A DNA stretch of 19,006 bases from Nitrososphaeria archaeon. Its GTDB lineage: Archaea; Thermoproteota; Nitrososphaeria; JACIWG01. Below, one piece after another: positions 1-8,056 of the stretch. The notes under the pieces are model-generated. The model saw nothing but the letters and a program-made list of their open reading frames with translations. It did not search any database and was not told the DNA's origin. Each line of letters begins with the position of its first letter. Position 1 is the stretch's first letter. The stretch spans positions 1-19,006 of the forward strand of contig JBEKIG010000025.1 in the NCBI GenBank assembly GCA_050011875.1. Reading direction: 5' to 3'. The position numbers and the translations under genes are program-made.

Positions 1-266
1 AAGGCGGCCAAGAATCAACTGAAGCCGAATTAACTCATCCGCATAATTGCCCGATAACATGCAGAATCCATTGCAGTCATTGCGGAGAAGATATCACACA
101 TTCTACATTCTATATCATTAGAAATGACAGCGAAGAACAAAGAATGCAGCCACGAAACTATCTATTGTGTCTATTGTGCCATAAAGCATATGAAGAACTA
201 TTCCGTGAAATGGATGCGGCCCCCGCAGAAAATAAGAAAGACAGCTACCGCTCATCTGTCATCTGA
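1..266 (+). CDS. 5'-truncated CxxC...CxxC zinc-finger hypothetical protein (not in ORF track)
   Basis: Frame 3 is open from base 3 to TGA at 264-266: ...RIHCSHCGEDITHSTFYII...NYLLCLLCHKAYEELF...; same layout as the 7685-7975 protein; converges on the endolysin with a 22-nt overlap. Confidence 0.7.
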   Translation, partial: GGQESTEAELTHPHNCPITCRIHCSHCGEDITHSTFYIIRNDSEEQRMQPRNYLLCLLCHKAYEELFREMDAAPAENKKDSYRSSVI

Positions 267-670
267 TAATGATCGGAATCAGGGCGATGCTTCCAGCGAC
301 CGCCCCAAACATTAAACGGATGCAAGCTTTCCCAATAGGCTCCGAATGGCTCACATTCTTCGACTGTAGTCAACAATCTTCCATTGGGTGCAAAGATATT
401 CAGGTCCATAGCCAAACGTTCGCAGTGAAGCGAATTCTTTATTCCTAGGCCTTCGTGCGCATATATGAGAGCTTGCTCATGAGTGCGATATGCTTCGCCG
501 AAGGTGACATGGTATCCTCGCTTGTTAATATATTCTATAAGCTTGGCAATATTAGCAGAAAAGATCTCTTGTTCAGAGCCAAGACATATATGAGGCTGAA
601 TATTATTTGCAGCCATGGAAATAAAGAAACTGCTTATTGCCAAAAGCGCCATAAAACGGAAATAAGACAT
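245..670 (-). CDS. M15-family zinc peptidase endolysin with N-terminal signal/SAR segment
   Basis: GEAYRT..Q, SLHCERLAMD (SxHxxxxAxD), WGGRW and DSDHYQ motifs; hydrophobic N-terminus MSYFRFMALLAISSFFISMAA. Confidence 0.88.
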   Translation of the reverse strand: MSYFRFMALLAISSFFISMAANNIQPHICLGSEQEIFSANIAKLIEYINKRGYHVTFGEAYRTHEQALIYAHEGLGIKNSLHCERLAMDLNIFAPNGRLLTTVEECEPFGAYWESLHPFNVWGGRWKHRPDSDHYQMTDER

Positions 671-686
671 TGTTATGCCTTTTGAG

Positions 687-1454
687 TTACAAGTTTTTTA
701 TACTAGCGGCCATCTCTTTGCGCAACTGTCCCTTCAGGTCTTCTGTGAGACCATTAGCGAAAGCATTTGCACGTTGCAATGGGCTATCGTTGCCCTGAGA
801 GGCTGCTACTGATGCTAACGGTCTAGGCTTGGCAAGATTTGCACTAGCACGAGCTCTATCAGATTCATTTTGGGAATTTGGCGATATGCCCATTTGCTTA
901 ATAATGGTATACGCTGAAGCTCCCTTTGTATAAAGATCGGGATTATTATAGACAGTTTGGGCCAGTTCCGGATAAGTGAGCTTCAGCATCTCTAGATTAT
1001 CCTTATTGACGATCATATCAAAGTCAGAATATTTAGCTCTAAGTTGTAACTCTGCTGAAGTGGCTACCGACTGATCTTTATACTGTTTTAATTGCGCCTC
1101 AAGATTCTGTATTTTCTTGTCATAGCGCGATAAATGCCTTTTTTCTATAAGAGCATCGGGCGCAAGATTATCGTCTTGCTCAACCGATTCTTGTTGTTGT
1201 GGCTGCATCTGTTGTTGATATGCCGCAAGCTGACGCGCCATCTCTTCTTTCTCTTGCTTTAAAAGCAGGGCCTGTTCGCGCAGCGCTTTAAAGTTCTTTT
1301 GCCCTTGAGTTTCTTGTTCTACGGGAGCAGCCTGCGCAACCTCTGGTTCCTGGACAGGAGCATCAGAAACAATTGGCTCAACTTGAGAAACTACATCAAT
1401 ACCAACATCTTGAAAATTCTCTTCATTCTGTGGGATTTGCTCATTGTCAATCAT
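687..1454 (-). CDS. Putative capsid scaffolding protein
   Basis: Acidic Q/E/P-rich N-terminus, coiled coil (NFKALREQ...), basic helical C-terminus; lies in the head module downstream of the portal. Confidence 0.65.
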   Translation of the reverse strand: MIDNEQIPQNEENFQDVGIDVVSQVEPIVSDAPVQEPEVAQAAPVEQETQGQKNFKALREQALLLKQEKEEMARQLAAYQQQMQPQQQESVEQDDNLAPDALIEKRHLSRYDKKIQNLEAQLKQYKDQSVATSAELQLRAKYSDFDMIVNKDNLEMLKLTYPELAQTVYNNPDLYTKGASAYTIIKQMGISPNSQNESDRARASANLAKPRPLASVAASQGNDSPLQRANAFANGLTEDLKGQLRKEMAASIKNL

Positions 1455-1948
1455 ACTTTTCCTTCTATGAGTGGACTATCATCAGCTTCACCATTCAACT
1501 TTTTAGCTATCTTAAGTAGCGTGCCATCGTTATATGATAGCACAAATCTGAGCAACTCATACTCAGATTCTGGTATATATTGCTTATTAATAGTCATATA
1601 TTCACATGCATCCTTGGAAGGAACTACCCACAGAAATTCAAGCGCATCGCGTTTTCTGTGGTACTTGTAGACTGTTTGGTCCCATCCAGGCGTAGGAGCT
1701 GAAAGACGCGCAAAAAAGTAATTGCGCAGTACATTTTCAAGCAATCTTTCTTTTTTGCATTCTACAACAACATAGAAATCACCAGGGAATGTTTTCTTGG
1801 CATTTTCTACACATAGAAAGATATTCTTATCATAATCAGTGAGGTTCTCTTGCATCTGATCTATAACAGTATGACCGATCTCTGGCTTAGCCAGAAGATC
1901 AGTTGCTATCTTGCCTACTGTGGGCTTCTTTGTTTCTTTTTTCTTCAT
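1451..1948 (-). CDS. Phage hypothetical protein (head module)
   Basis: RBS AAGGAG, globular 165 aa, ATGA overlap with the scaffold gene. Confidence 0.8.
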   Translation of the reverse strand: MKKKETKKPTVGKIATDLLAKPEIGHTVIDQMQENLTDYDKNIFLCVENAKKTFPGDFYVVVECKKERLLENVLRNYFFARLSAPTPGWDQTVYKYHRKRDALEFLWVVPSKDACEYMTINKQYIPESEYELLRFVLSYNDGTLLKIAKKLNGEADDSPLIEGKV

Positions 1949-2000
1949 ACTTCTCCTTAAATGGCTAAATTTCCACCAATTCTACTATAGTTTTTGGTCA

Positions 2001-2038
2001 AAAATCAAGGATCCAGCATGCTATCGTACTGGATCCTT
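2001..2038 (-). terminator. Intrinsic terminator
   Basis: 10-bp stem AAGGATCCAG/CTGGATCCTT (2007-2038) followed by GATTTTT on the minus strand. Confidence 0.65.
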
Positions 2039-2063
2039 AGAAATAAGTGGTGGAGAAAGGAAA

Positions 2064-2393
2064 TTATCTCTTGGGCTTCTTTATCTTGGCGCCTTTTTGT
2101 CTAGCCTCATTCAGACTTATCGCGATCGCCTGTTTAGGGTTAGTAACTTTCGGGCCAGTTTTTTTAACACGCGAATGCATTTTGCCTTCTTTAAACTCGT
2201 GCATCCGCTTTTCAATGAATGATTTAACCTTGGGGCTTTTTTCTGCTTTGCCTTTGAAGATTTTCGCATGCTTGGCAGCTTTCTTTGTCTTAGATGACGA
2301 CTTCTTGCCGGCTTTCTTTTCAAGAGCCTTCTTAATATCTTTATGAGCGGGTTCTTTGGCCTCTTCAGCCCAGAACTTTCCTGGAACTTTCAT
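2064..2393 (-). CDS. Very basic DUF6496-like protein
   Basis: Lys-rich; MHEFKEGKMHS...GPKVTNPKQAIAISLNEAR matches the DUF6496 pattern. Confidence 0.8.
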   Translation of the reverse strand: MKVPGKFWAEEAKEPAHKDIKKALEKKAGKKSSSKTKKAAKHAKIFKGKAEKSPKVKSFIEKRMHEFKEGKMHSRVKKTGPKVTNPKQAIAISLNEARQKGAKIKKPKR

Positions 2394-2409
2394 TAGTCAC
2401 CTTATTAAG

Positions 2410-2431
2410 ATGGGGAGCATATGCTCCCCAT
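2410..2431. repeat. Perfect 22-bp palindrome (terminator, processing hairpin or operator)
   Basis: ATGGGGAGCAT|ATGCTCCCCAT, intergenic. Confidence 0.85.
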
Positions 2432-2438
2432 AATGTTA

Positions 2439-2588
2439 TTATCTTACGCGTATCGATTCTTCAAAGACTAACCGCCTGTTAATCTTCTTATCAATCGCAT
2501 CACGTCTATATGCAATATTTGCCGGTACACCGAGAATCTTGTAAGCAATCTTCTGCGGCTTGCCCGGTACTCTTATCATCGTTGGCAT
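2439..2588 (-). CDS. 49-aa basic hypothetical protein (not in ORF track)
   Basis: MPTMIRVPGKPQKIAYKILGVPANIAYRRDAIDKKINRRLVFEESIRVR; RBS AAAGGA; TAATG overlap with the upstream stop. Confidence 0.75.
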   Translation of the reverse strand: MPTMIRVPGKPQKIAYKILGVPANIAYRRDAIDKKINRRLVFEESIRVR

Positions 2589-2815
2589 TAATATCCTTTA
2601 TCAAAGAGTCCTGAAGAATGAATGAACTCTTCTGGAAGATTTGCTATCTTGGCATGATCTTCGCGAATCAATTCAGAATCCATTAACTCAGGTTTTCGAC
2701 GTGGATCAACATTTTGATAGAATACGACGCGCGCTACTTCAGAATCTGATGCATTAGTCGTATCAGTCTTTGCAATACCTACGTCGCCCATCAGAGTCGG
2801 TTTCAGTATGATCAT
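2588..2815 (-). CDS. 75-aa small protein of the EDH..IANLP paralog family (start re-assigned to 2815)
   Basis: ATG lies just after the upstream stop with AAGAAGG ahead of it; DPRRKPELMDSELIREDHAKIANLP. Confidence 0.7.
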   Translation of the reverse strand: MIILKPTLMGDVGIAKTDTTNASDSEVARVVFYQNVDPRRKPELMDSELIREDHAKIANLPEEFIHSSGLFDKGY

Positions 2816-2816
2816 A

Positions 2817-3107
2817 TTAGACCTTCTTAGGTTCAAAGTGCTCTTGACGCTTCTTGTCATCATAATTGATCTGCTTGTTGATTCCTACAATGGTATCATC
2901 AAGGATATCAGGCAAGTAAGCTTCATGATCAGCCCAGTCTTTCATGATAACCTGTTGAGGTAAGTTAGCTATTGCATTGTGATCTTCAGAAATCATAGAT
3001 GCATCATGGTGCTGCATACGCTCTGTCGCATTTTTACCGGCATAAGCGCCATCTTTCATGGATGATTCAGATTTACTGTGATGAACTTCGTGATGATATC
3101 TTGGCAT
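2817..3107 (-). CDS. 96-aa small head-module protein of the EDH..IANLP family
   Basis: RBS GAAAGG; DASMISEDHNAIANLPQ. Confidence 0.8.
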   Translation of the reverse strand: MPRYHHEVHHSKSESSMKDGAYAGKNATERMQHHDASMISEDHNAIANLPQQVIMKDWADHEAYLPDILDDTIVGINKQINYDDKKRQEHFEPKKV

Positions 3108-3228
3108 AGTGTGCCTTTCGTAGAACTGCTTGCCCGCATGGGGTAGCAGAGGTTTTAACCTCCTACTACAGGAAGTATTACCATGAGTTCACTACAAGTG
3201 AAGGAGAAATGCTATTGTTTTGTGAGAT

Positions 3229-3258
3229 ACAAATAAAACGGACTCCGCTGGAATCCGT
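3229..3258 (-). terminator. Intrinsic terminator
   Basis: ACGGATTCC-AGC-GGAGTCCGT followed by TTTATTT; the G-U pair favours the minus strand. Confidence 0.65.
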
Positions 3259-3366
3259 CTAGAGATAAAAATCGTATGTTCTTGAAAATTAGCCTGCCAA
3301 TTTAAAATTTACAAGGATATTTCCTCCTTTTCGGGCTTCATCAAAGCCATCATTATAGTTCCACAG

Positions 3367-3834
3367 TCAAAATAATAGATTTGCCCAGAATGAACTTTTA
3401 TATTCAGTGAGCGATATATTCTTGCTAGTTCCGGAAACTTGCAACTGGACAGATATCTTTGGAGGATTACCAGGATCTATGGCATTGATAAGAAATGGCA
3501 CAACCACGCTCATCATGATGACACCAGACGAGTCATATATGTTAGTAGCGCTCATTTCGGTAATAATATCTGAACCTCCTAAAATAACTAGAAAATCAGT
3601 ATTAGTAGACGCATATCCATAAGTATAGAGAGAAACTCCAACTGAATATGTTCCCACTGCAGAAGGAACCCAGCTATATGTACTTGTATCAAAACCAGAA
3701 CCCGATTCCATAAAATCAAAGGGAATCGTATACTGAGTTCCATCCCCAGTTACATTTGTTGGGCTAGTTGTATTAGTTGCGTAAAATCCATTGCGGGCAA
3801 TATATATATCATTTACAGCATTATTAATAGCCAT
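3367..3834 (-). CDS. Stand-alone C1q/TNF-like jelly-roll protein (possible receptor-binding or decoration protein)
   Basis: GFYA...NVTGDGTQYTIPFD...GFDTSTYSWVPSAVGTYSV aligns with the C-terminal domain of 17345-18559 (GFSA...NATGDWTAYNIIFD...GYDNTTGIYTAPVAGRYLL). Confidence 0.7.
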   Translation of the reverse strand: MAINNAVNDIYIARNGFYATNTTSPTNVTGDGTQYTIPFDFMESGSGFDTSTYSWVPSAVGTYSVGVSLYTYGYASTNTDFLVILGGSDIITEMSATNIYDSSGVIMMSVVVPFLINAIDPGNPPKISVQLQVSGTSKNISLTEYKSSFWANLLF

Positions 3835-3843
3835 TGTATTTCC

Positions 3844-4026
3844 TTATCTTATATAACCCTGATCTTCCATTTCATGACGCCTTCGTGGATTCTGGCCAGG
3901 AAGATCAAAGCCGTGACGCGCATGCAATCTGTGAAATGCCACAGTTTTACTTCTATCTTCAGAGCGCTTGCTCTCTTGGTCTCTTATATTGCCCAAGTAT
4001 TGAGCTTGGTAATCTATTCTGTTCAT
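3844..4026 (-). CDS. 60-aa hypothetical protein, partial paralog of the 2588-3107 proteins
   Basis: ATGA overlap with the portal stop; ends NPRRRHEMEDQGYIR. Confidence 0.7.
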   Translation of the reverse strand: MNRIDYQAQYLGNIRDQESKRSEDRSKTVAFHRLHARHGFDLPGQNPRRRHEMEDQGYIR

Positions 4027-6041
4027 TGTGCCCTCGCGGTTGGTTGTTCTTTAACTTCAGGATTACTCTGCTCTTGCTGAATAGACTGCGATAGCTGAAT
4101 AAGCTTCTCGATGTGACTCAAGTCCATTGTATCTATTTCTTTAAGAGCCTTAACAAGATTGAGCAGTGCTATCTCATCATCTTTCATGGATTCATGCTTG
4201 CGTTCTTCAGCAAGGGCCTGATTTTCTGCTATGCGCGACATTCTTTCCATGCCCAAGCCTTGATCAGCAGTAGCTCTGGCTTTTGCCAGCTCAGTGCGAC
4301 TTTGGATCTCTTCCATTTGCACTTGCATTTGCTGCATTTGCATTTGTTGTTGTTGCTTAGAAGATTGGACAATCGAATCGATAAGCTTTTGCTTGTTCTG
4401 CAAAGTAGAGGCATCAATAAGTAAGTCATCAGCTATTGGTACTCCGGCTTGTCTAAGTTCTAACATCTGAGCGAACTGCATTTGCTTTTGCGTAGTTGTA
4501 TTGAGTCCTTCTTCTACAGTCGCATTATATTTGCCGAACGCTTTGTTATAGAACTGAGCAGTTGGATTGCCTTCTTCAAGAATTTTGGCAACTTTGCCCG
4601 GCGTATAGTTTGCTTGAATGAGATCGATCATAAGGCGGCCGAGCAGCTCTTGAGACCTGTCCAGCTGATCGAAAAGACGCTGCAAGGTAGTAAGGCCGGC
4701 ACCTTGCCTGAGCATGCTTAGAATGCCTGCTTTGTCGTCAGACGCGCTGCCGAGTAGTTCTTCATTTACACCTGATACTTCTGAAATTTCCTTGGCCAGT
4801 AGCTCACTTAGCTGAATCATAGATGGCGGAATCTGCGGTGCGACTATTTGTTCAGCATCGGTCATTTGTGCATCTTCTTTAAGAGCAATACCGCGACCTT
4901 GGCCAGATAAGAATATGTCCTTCGGATTAACGAGGGCATTCTCTTTATATTTCCATCCAGAATTAACTTGGGATTCAAGAATATCAAGCTCAATAATACG
5001 ACGACGATTATATAAATATTGTGCATCGCGTAATCCTCTGACAACGCCCTGAATGCGCCATGGGAAGTATTCACAATGTGGTTCGTAATAAGAAAAAACC
5101 GGAACAAACCCGTAATTATCTATGCCCGTAGGATTTGGCCCGTCATAAAATACACGGCCCTGAATAACTACCGAAAGACGAACTGTCGGCACTTCTTGTT
5201 CGATCATTGTTACAGTTGGATATGTCTGTAAGAATAAACGAAGCTTGTCTTCATCTTGGGCGCGCCATTCTTGTGTCTCACCAGTCTGCGTATCAACGAG
5301 CATCTGTTGTTTACGGTAATCACGGTACCAGAATTCATCGTATGTTAGTAAATTTTTAAGACCATAGTTATAGGCTTCTGCAGCAAATTGAAATTTTCCA
5401 TCTCTATTATCTACACCATAAAGGCCTAGAATCTCTTCTGCATATTGTGGCATAAGAGAGATTGCTTCTCGTTTGGTCAAGAACGTTCTCTTCCAAAGAG
5501 CATTACAATCAGAGAGATCGGCCTTTTTGAAATATGGGTCGATTAGGAAATAGTTATGAGGGCAGTTGTCAACCTTAATAGTTCCCGAAACAGGATCTTC
5601 GCGATAATCGACCCATACATGTAATAGATTCATTCCAGAAATAAGAGCACCATGGAACGAATCAGATATTGTTTCAAGCACATGCTCTGTATCGGCAATA
5701 TGCATTAATATTTTTGTAAATTGATCAGCAGTCTCGTCATCAGCATTCTCTACACCAACGCATACAGTTGATTTACGATTACGGCGCTGATGGCCTTCAA
5801 TCACGTTTATGATACGCATAATGCGATTAAAGGTGAACTGGCGGCGCCTATTGGAAGGAAGGTTGCCGTAAAGATCGTTCCAAAGCGACTGATCGCCAAG
5901 GTAAAAGCGCTGATCTGTATCCGCCTCACCCCAGAAAGATTGATTAATTGTAATACTTTCTGCATAAAAGGCTTCCATGCGGCCTAATATGGGTTTGTCG
6001 CGTTCGTCATAATATTGCGGACCTAATTGGGGAAACAGCAT
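4023..6041 (-). CDS. Portal protein, P22-like
   Basis: 672 aa; FYLGDQ, TFNRIMRIINVIEGHQRRNR, GVVRGLRDAQYLYNRR, EVSGVNEELLG, Q-rich C-terminal coiled coil; RBS AAGGAG. Confidence 0.92.
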   Translation of the reverse strand: MLFPQLGPQYYDERDKPILGRMEAFYAESITINQSFWGEADTDQRFYLGDQSLWNDLYGNLPSNRRRQFTFNRIMRIINVIEGHQRRNRKSTVCVGVENADDETADQFTKILMHIADTEHVLETISDSFHGALISGMNLLHVWVDYREDPVSGTIKVDNCPHNYFLIDPYFKKADLSDCNALWKRTFLTKREAISLMPQYAEEILGLYGVDNRDGKFQFAAEAYNYGLKNLLTYDEFWYRDYRKQQMLVDTQTGETQEWRAQDEDKLRLFLQTYPTVTMIEQEVPTVRLSVVIQGRVFYDGPNPTGIDNYGFVPVFSYYEPHCEYFPWRIQGVVRGLRDAQYLYNRRRIIELDILESQVNSGWKYKENALVNPKDIFLSGQGRGIALKEDAQMTDAEQIVAPQIPPSMIQLSELLAKEISEVSGVNEELLGSASDDKAGILSMLRQGAGLTTLQRLFDQLDRSQELLGRLMIDLIQANYTPGKVAKILEEGNPTAQFYNKAFGKYNATVEEGLNTTTQKQMQFAQMLELRQAGVPIADDLLIDASTLQNKQKLIDSIVQSSKQQQQMQMQQMQVQMEEIQSRTELAKARATADQGLGMERMSRIAENQALAEERKHESMKDDEIALLNLVKALKEIDTMDLSHIEKLIQLSQSIQQEQSNPEVKEQPTARAQ

Positions 6042-6051
6042 CAGCTACTCC

Positions 6052-6372
6052 TTAGTTAGTTGGATTGCAACCGGAGCAAGTGCATGTCTTGTTGACTGTG
6101 TCAAAGTTGGCAATGTCGGTTAATATATCTTGGCACCAGCTTATCAATGATGCATATTGTGGAAATGCTGTCTCAGCATAAGTAATAACAGGCTTCAAAG
6201 TGGCTAATATAGCCAAGATGTCTTTGCCTAGTTGCCCAGAAGATACGAGTTGCTCCAAAGTAGGCCAAACGGCTTCACCTTCAGAAACAACTTCTTTGCA
6301 AAGATCTTCCAGCTTGGCTAATATCCAGGATAGGACATGCTTGAGGTTGTTTTCAATAACCGTTGCTGCCAT
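6052..6372 (-). CDS. Hypothetical amphipathic helical protein
   Basis: RBS AAGGAGATAT; 106 aa; ends CTCSGC. Confidence 0.75.
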   Translation of the reverse strand: MAATVIENNLKHVLSWILAKLEDLCKEVVSEGEAVWPTLEQLVSSGQLGKDILAILATLKPVITYAETAFPQYASLISWCQDILTDIANFDTVNKTCTCSGCNPTN

Positions 6373-6447
6373 AGATATCTCCTTATAGAAAATAGATGAT
6401 AGATACTACTATCCGCAGAATAAGGCCGGTAACATTAGTATTCAAGA

Positions 6448-6645
6448 TTATTTTTCGCGAGGGCGGATGCTTGCAGCTATAGACAAACGAGGCGATAAGC
6501 CTAGTTCTTTGCGATATTCCAGATCAAGTTCATGAAGATGCTTATCATATCTATGCCGGCAACGGGAACTACAATAAGTAAAAGATCTACTACCTGCTTT
6601 CGGCGTGAATTCCTTTTTACACATAGGACATATTTGACTTGCCAT
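6448..6645 (-). CDS. Small treble-clef-like C2C2 zinc-finger protein
   Basis: CPMCKKEF...YCSSRC; RBS AGGAGATAT. Confidence 0.75.
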   Translation of the reverse strand: MASQICPMCKKEFTPKAGSRSFTYCSSRCRHRYDKHLHELDLEYRKELGLSPRLSIAASIRPREK

Positions 6646-6692
6646 TGATATCTCCTGGTTTAATTTTCAAGAGCATACCATGGGTAACAATA

Positions 6693-6726
6693 ATAAAAAA
6701 CCCACATGTCGTTATCACATGCGGGG
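6693..6726 (-). terminator. Intrinsic terminator
   Basis: CCCGCATGT...ACATGTGGG followed by TTTTTT on the minus strand. Confidence 0.7.
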
Positions 6727-6790
6727 CTGTTACATGTAATGCCTGCTTAATCAGACAATACTAGTAATATAGTACTTGATATTAGGCGAT

Positions 6791-7000
6791 ATGGATATAT
6801 ATTTATAACATTTATATAACAATATATCATATTCAGCATGGTTTGCCTGGAGTGAATTAGAACGGTTAGAGAAACATTTTATTGAAGTTCATAGTAATGA
6901 TGCTTCGAAATGCAAAGAGGGTTGCATGGTAGACTTTACCAAAGAAGATGGCATGGAATATATAAAAACAATTCTTGCAGCAATTGAAAAGGATGATTAA
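6791..7000 (+). pseudogene. Small ORF interrupted by an early in-frame TAA (or using a non-ATG start)
   Basis: MDIYL*HLYNNISYSAWFAWSELERLEKHF...IKTILAAIEKDD*; its stop overlaps the ATG at 7000. Confidence 0.35.
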
Positions 7001-7302
7001 TGGAATGGATATCAGTTAAAGACAGATTGCCTGATGACTATGATGCAGATTACATAGTATTAGCAACAAACATACAAGCTGATGAAGATGGTATTGTTCC
7101 AACATGGTTTCGTATTGGCTTTAAGCCATATGAATTAGCACTTGCAAAATGGTCGGAAGCAGATCCTGCATTAGTAAAATTCTATCAAGATAGGGGCGAT
7201 CATTCATGGGATTGGGCAAGAGTAGACCAATTTAGCGATTGCAGAGTTGATACAAATAATATAACACATTGGATCAAAATACCTAAACACCCAACACTGT
7301 AG
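7000..7302 (+). CDS. DUF551-like phage protein
   Basis: MEWISVKDRLP...ITHWIKIP signature. Confidence 0.85.
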   Translation: MEWISVKDRLPDDYDADYIVLATNIQADEDGIVPTWFRIGFKPYELALAKWSEADPALVKFYQDRGDHSWDWARVDQFSDCRVDTNNITHWIKIPKHPTL

Positions 7303-7313
7303 AAGGATAAATA

Positions 7314-7685
7314 ATGCAATGGAAACAATTTAAAGACAAGATGCCTGAAGGTGATTGCCGCCTATTAATATGTGGCCATCTCAATACAGATCCCTTAACT
7401 CCTCCAGAATATGACTATACATACTTAGAATTTGTAGACTATAAGGATGGTTTATTGATTCCGGATGATGATGGACACGAATGGTATGCGCCAGATCCAG
7501 AAGATTATTGGATATACCAAAAGTCTATACTCACACCATTCGATGACAAAAAGGAACCTAATTATAAAGCATTGATAGCATGCGACAGATGCTATGAATA
7601 TTTATACTTTGAAGGCAGTGCATGCTGTGAGGAAGATAAAATAGAAAGTTGTGTTTGTCCTAAATGCCTCAAGAAGGAAGACTAA
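7314..7685 (+). CDS. DUF551-like protein with C-terminal Zn ribbon
   Basis: MQWKQFKDKMP...DYW; CDRC...CPKC. Confidence 0.7.
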   Translation: MQWKQFKDKMPEGDCRLLICGHLNTDPLTPPEYDYTYLEFVDYKDGLLIPDDDGHEWYAPDPEDYWIYQKSILTPFDDKKEPNYKALIACDRCYEYLYFEGSACCEEDKIESCVCPKCLKKED

Positions 7686-7975
7686 TGACAAGAAAATGCG
7701 ATAAATGCAACAAAGAAATCCCAAGAGAAATATATTTAACAATTTTTTGGCCTAGCAGCGATCTTAATGTTGCAAGAAAGATATTAGAAACTTGCGATGA
7801 TTGTTATAAAAAATACTTAATCCTTCATGATAAGCTATTGATAAAGTTCTTTGAAATTCCAATTGAACCGAAACAACAACCTAAAAAGTTTTGGCAAAGA
7901 TTGTTTAGCCCGAAAGAAATAAAGCCTGTACAAATGATTCCCAAAAGAGGCCGAGGGCGCCCTAGAAAGAAGTAA
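7685..7975 (+). CDS. Zinc-finger protein with C-terminal AT-hook (start re-assigned to 7685)
   Basis: TAATG overlap, RBS AAGGAAG; CDKC...CDDC; KRGRGRPRKK. Confidence 0.75.
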   Translation: MTRKCDKCNKEIPREIYLTIFWPSSDLNVARKILETCDDCYKKYLILHDKLLIKFFEIPIEPKQQPKKFWQRLFSPKEIKPVQMIPKRGRGRPRKK

Positions 7976-7984
7976 TTCTACTAC

Positions 7985-8012
7985 TTGCAATCGCGCCATT
8001 TGGCTATATATT
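7985..8012 (+). promoter_or_regulatory. Sigma70-like promoter for the 8057-8867 cassette
   Basis: TTGCAA-16-TATATT. Confidence 0.5.
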
Positions 8013-8056
8013 CTTAACGTTATATATTATTAACCTTCCTACTTTAAGGAGTTACC

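Noticed and set aside
3305-3350. Hammerhead-like TTGATGA...CGAAA...stem on the minus strand
   Set aside because: No stem II or stem I, the core starts with U instead of C, and the cleavage-site base would be G
4310-4360. TGCATT / TGT short tandem repeats
   Set aside because: They simply encode the Q/M-rich portal coiled coil
6369-6656. Repeated GGAGATATC(T/A)ATGGC
   Set aside because: Explained as similar ribosome-binding regions of adjacent genes
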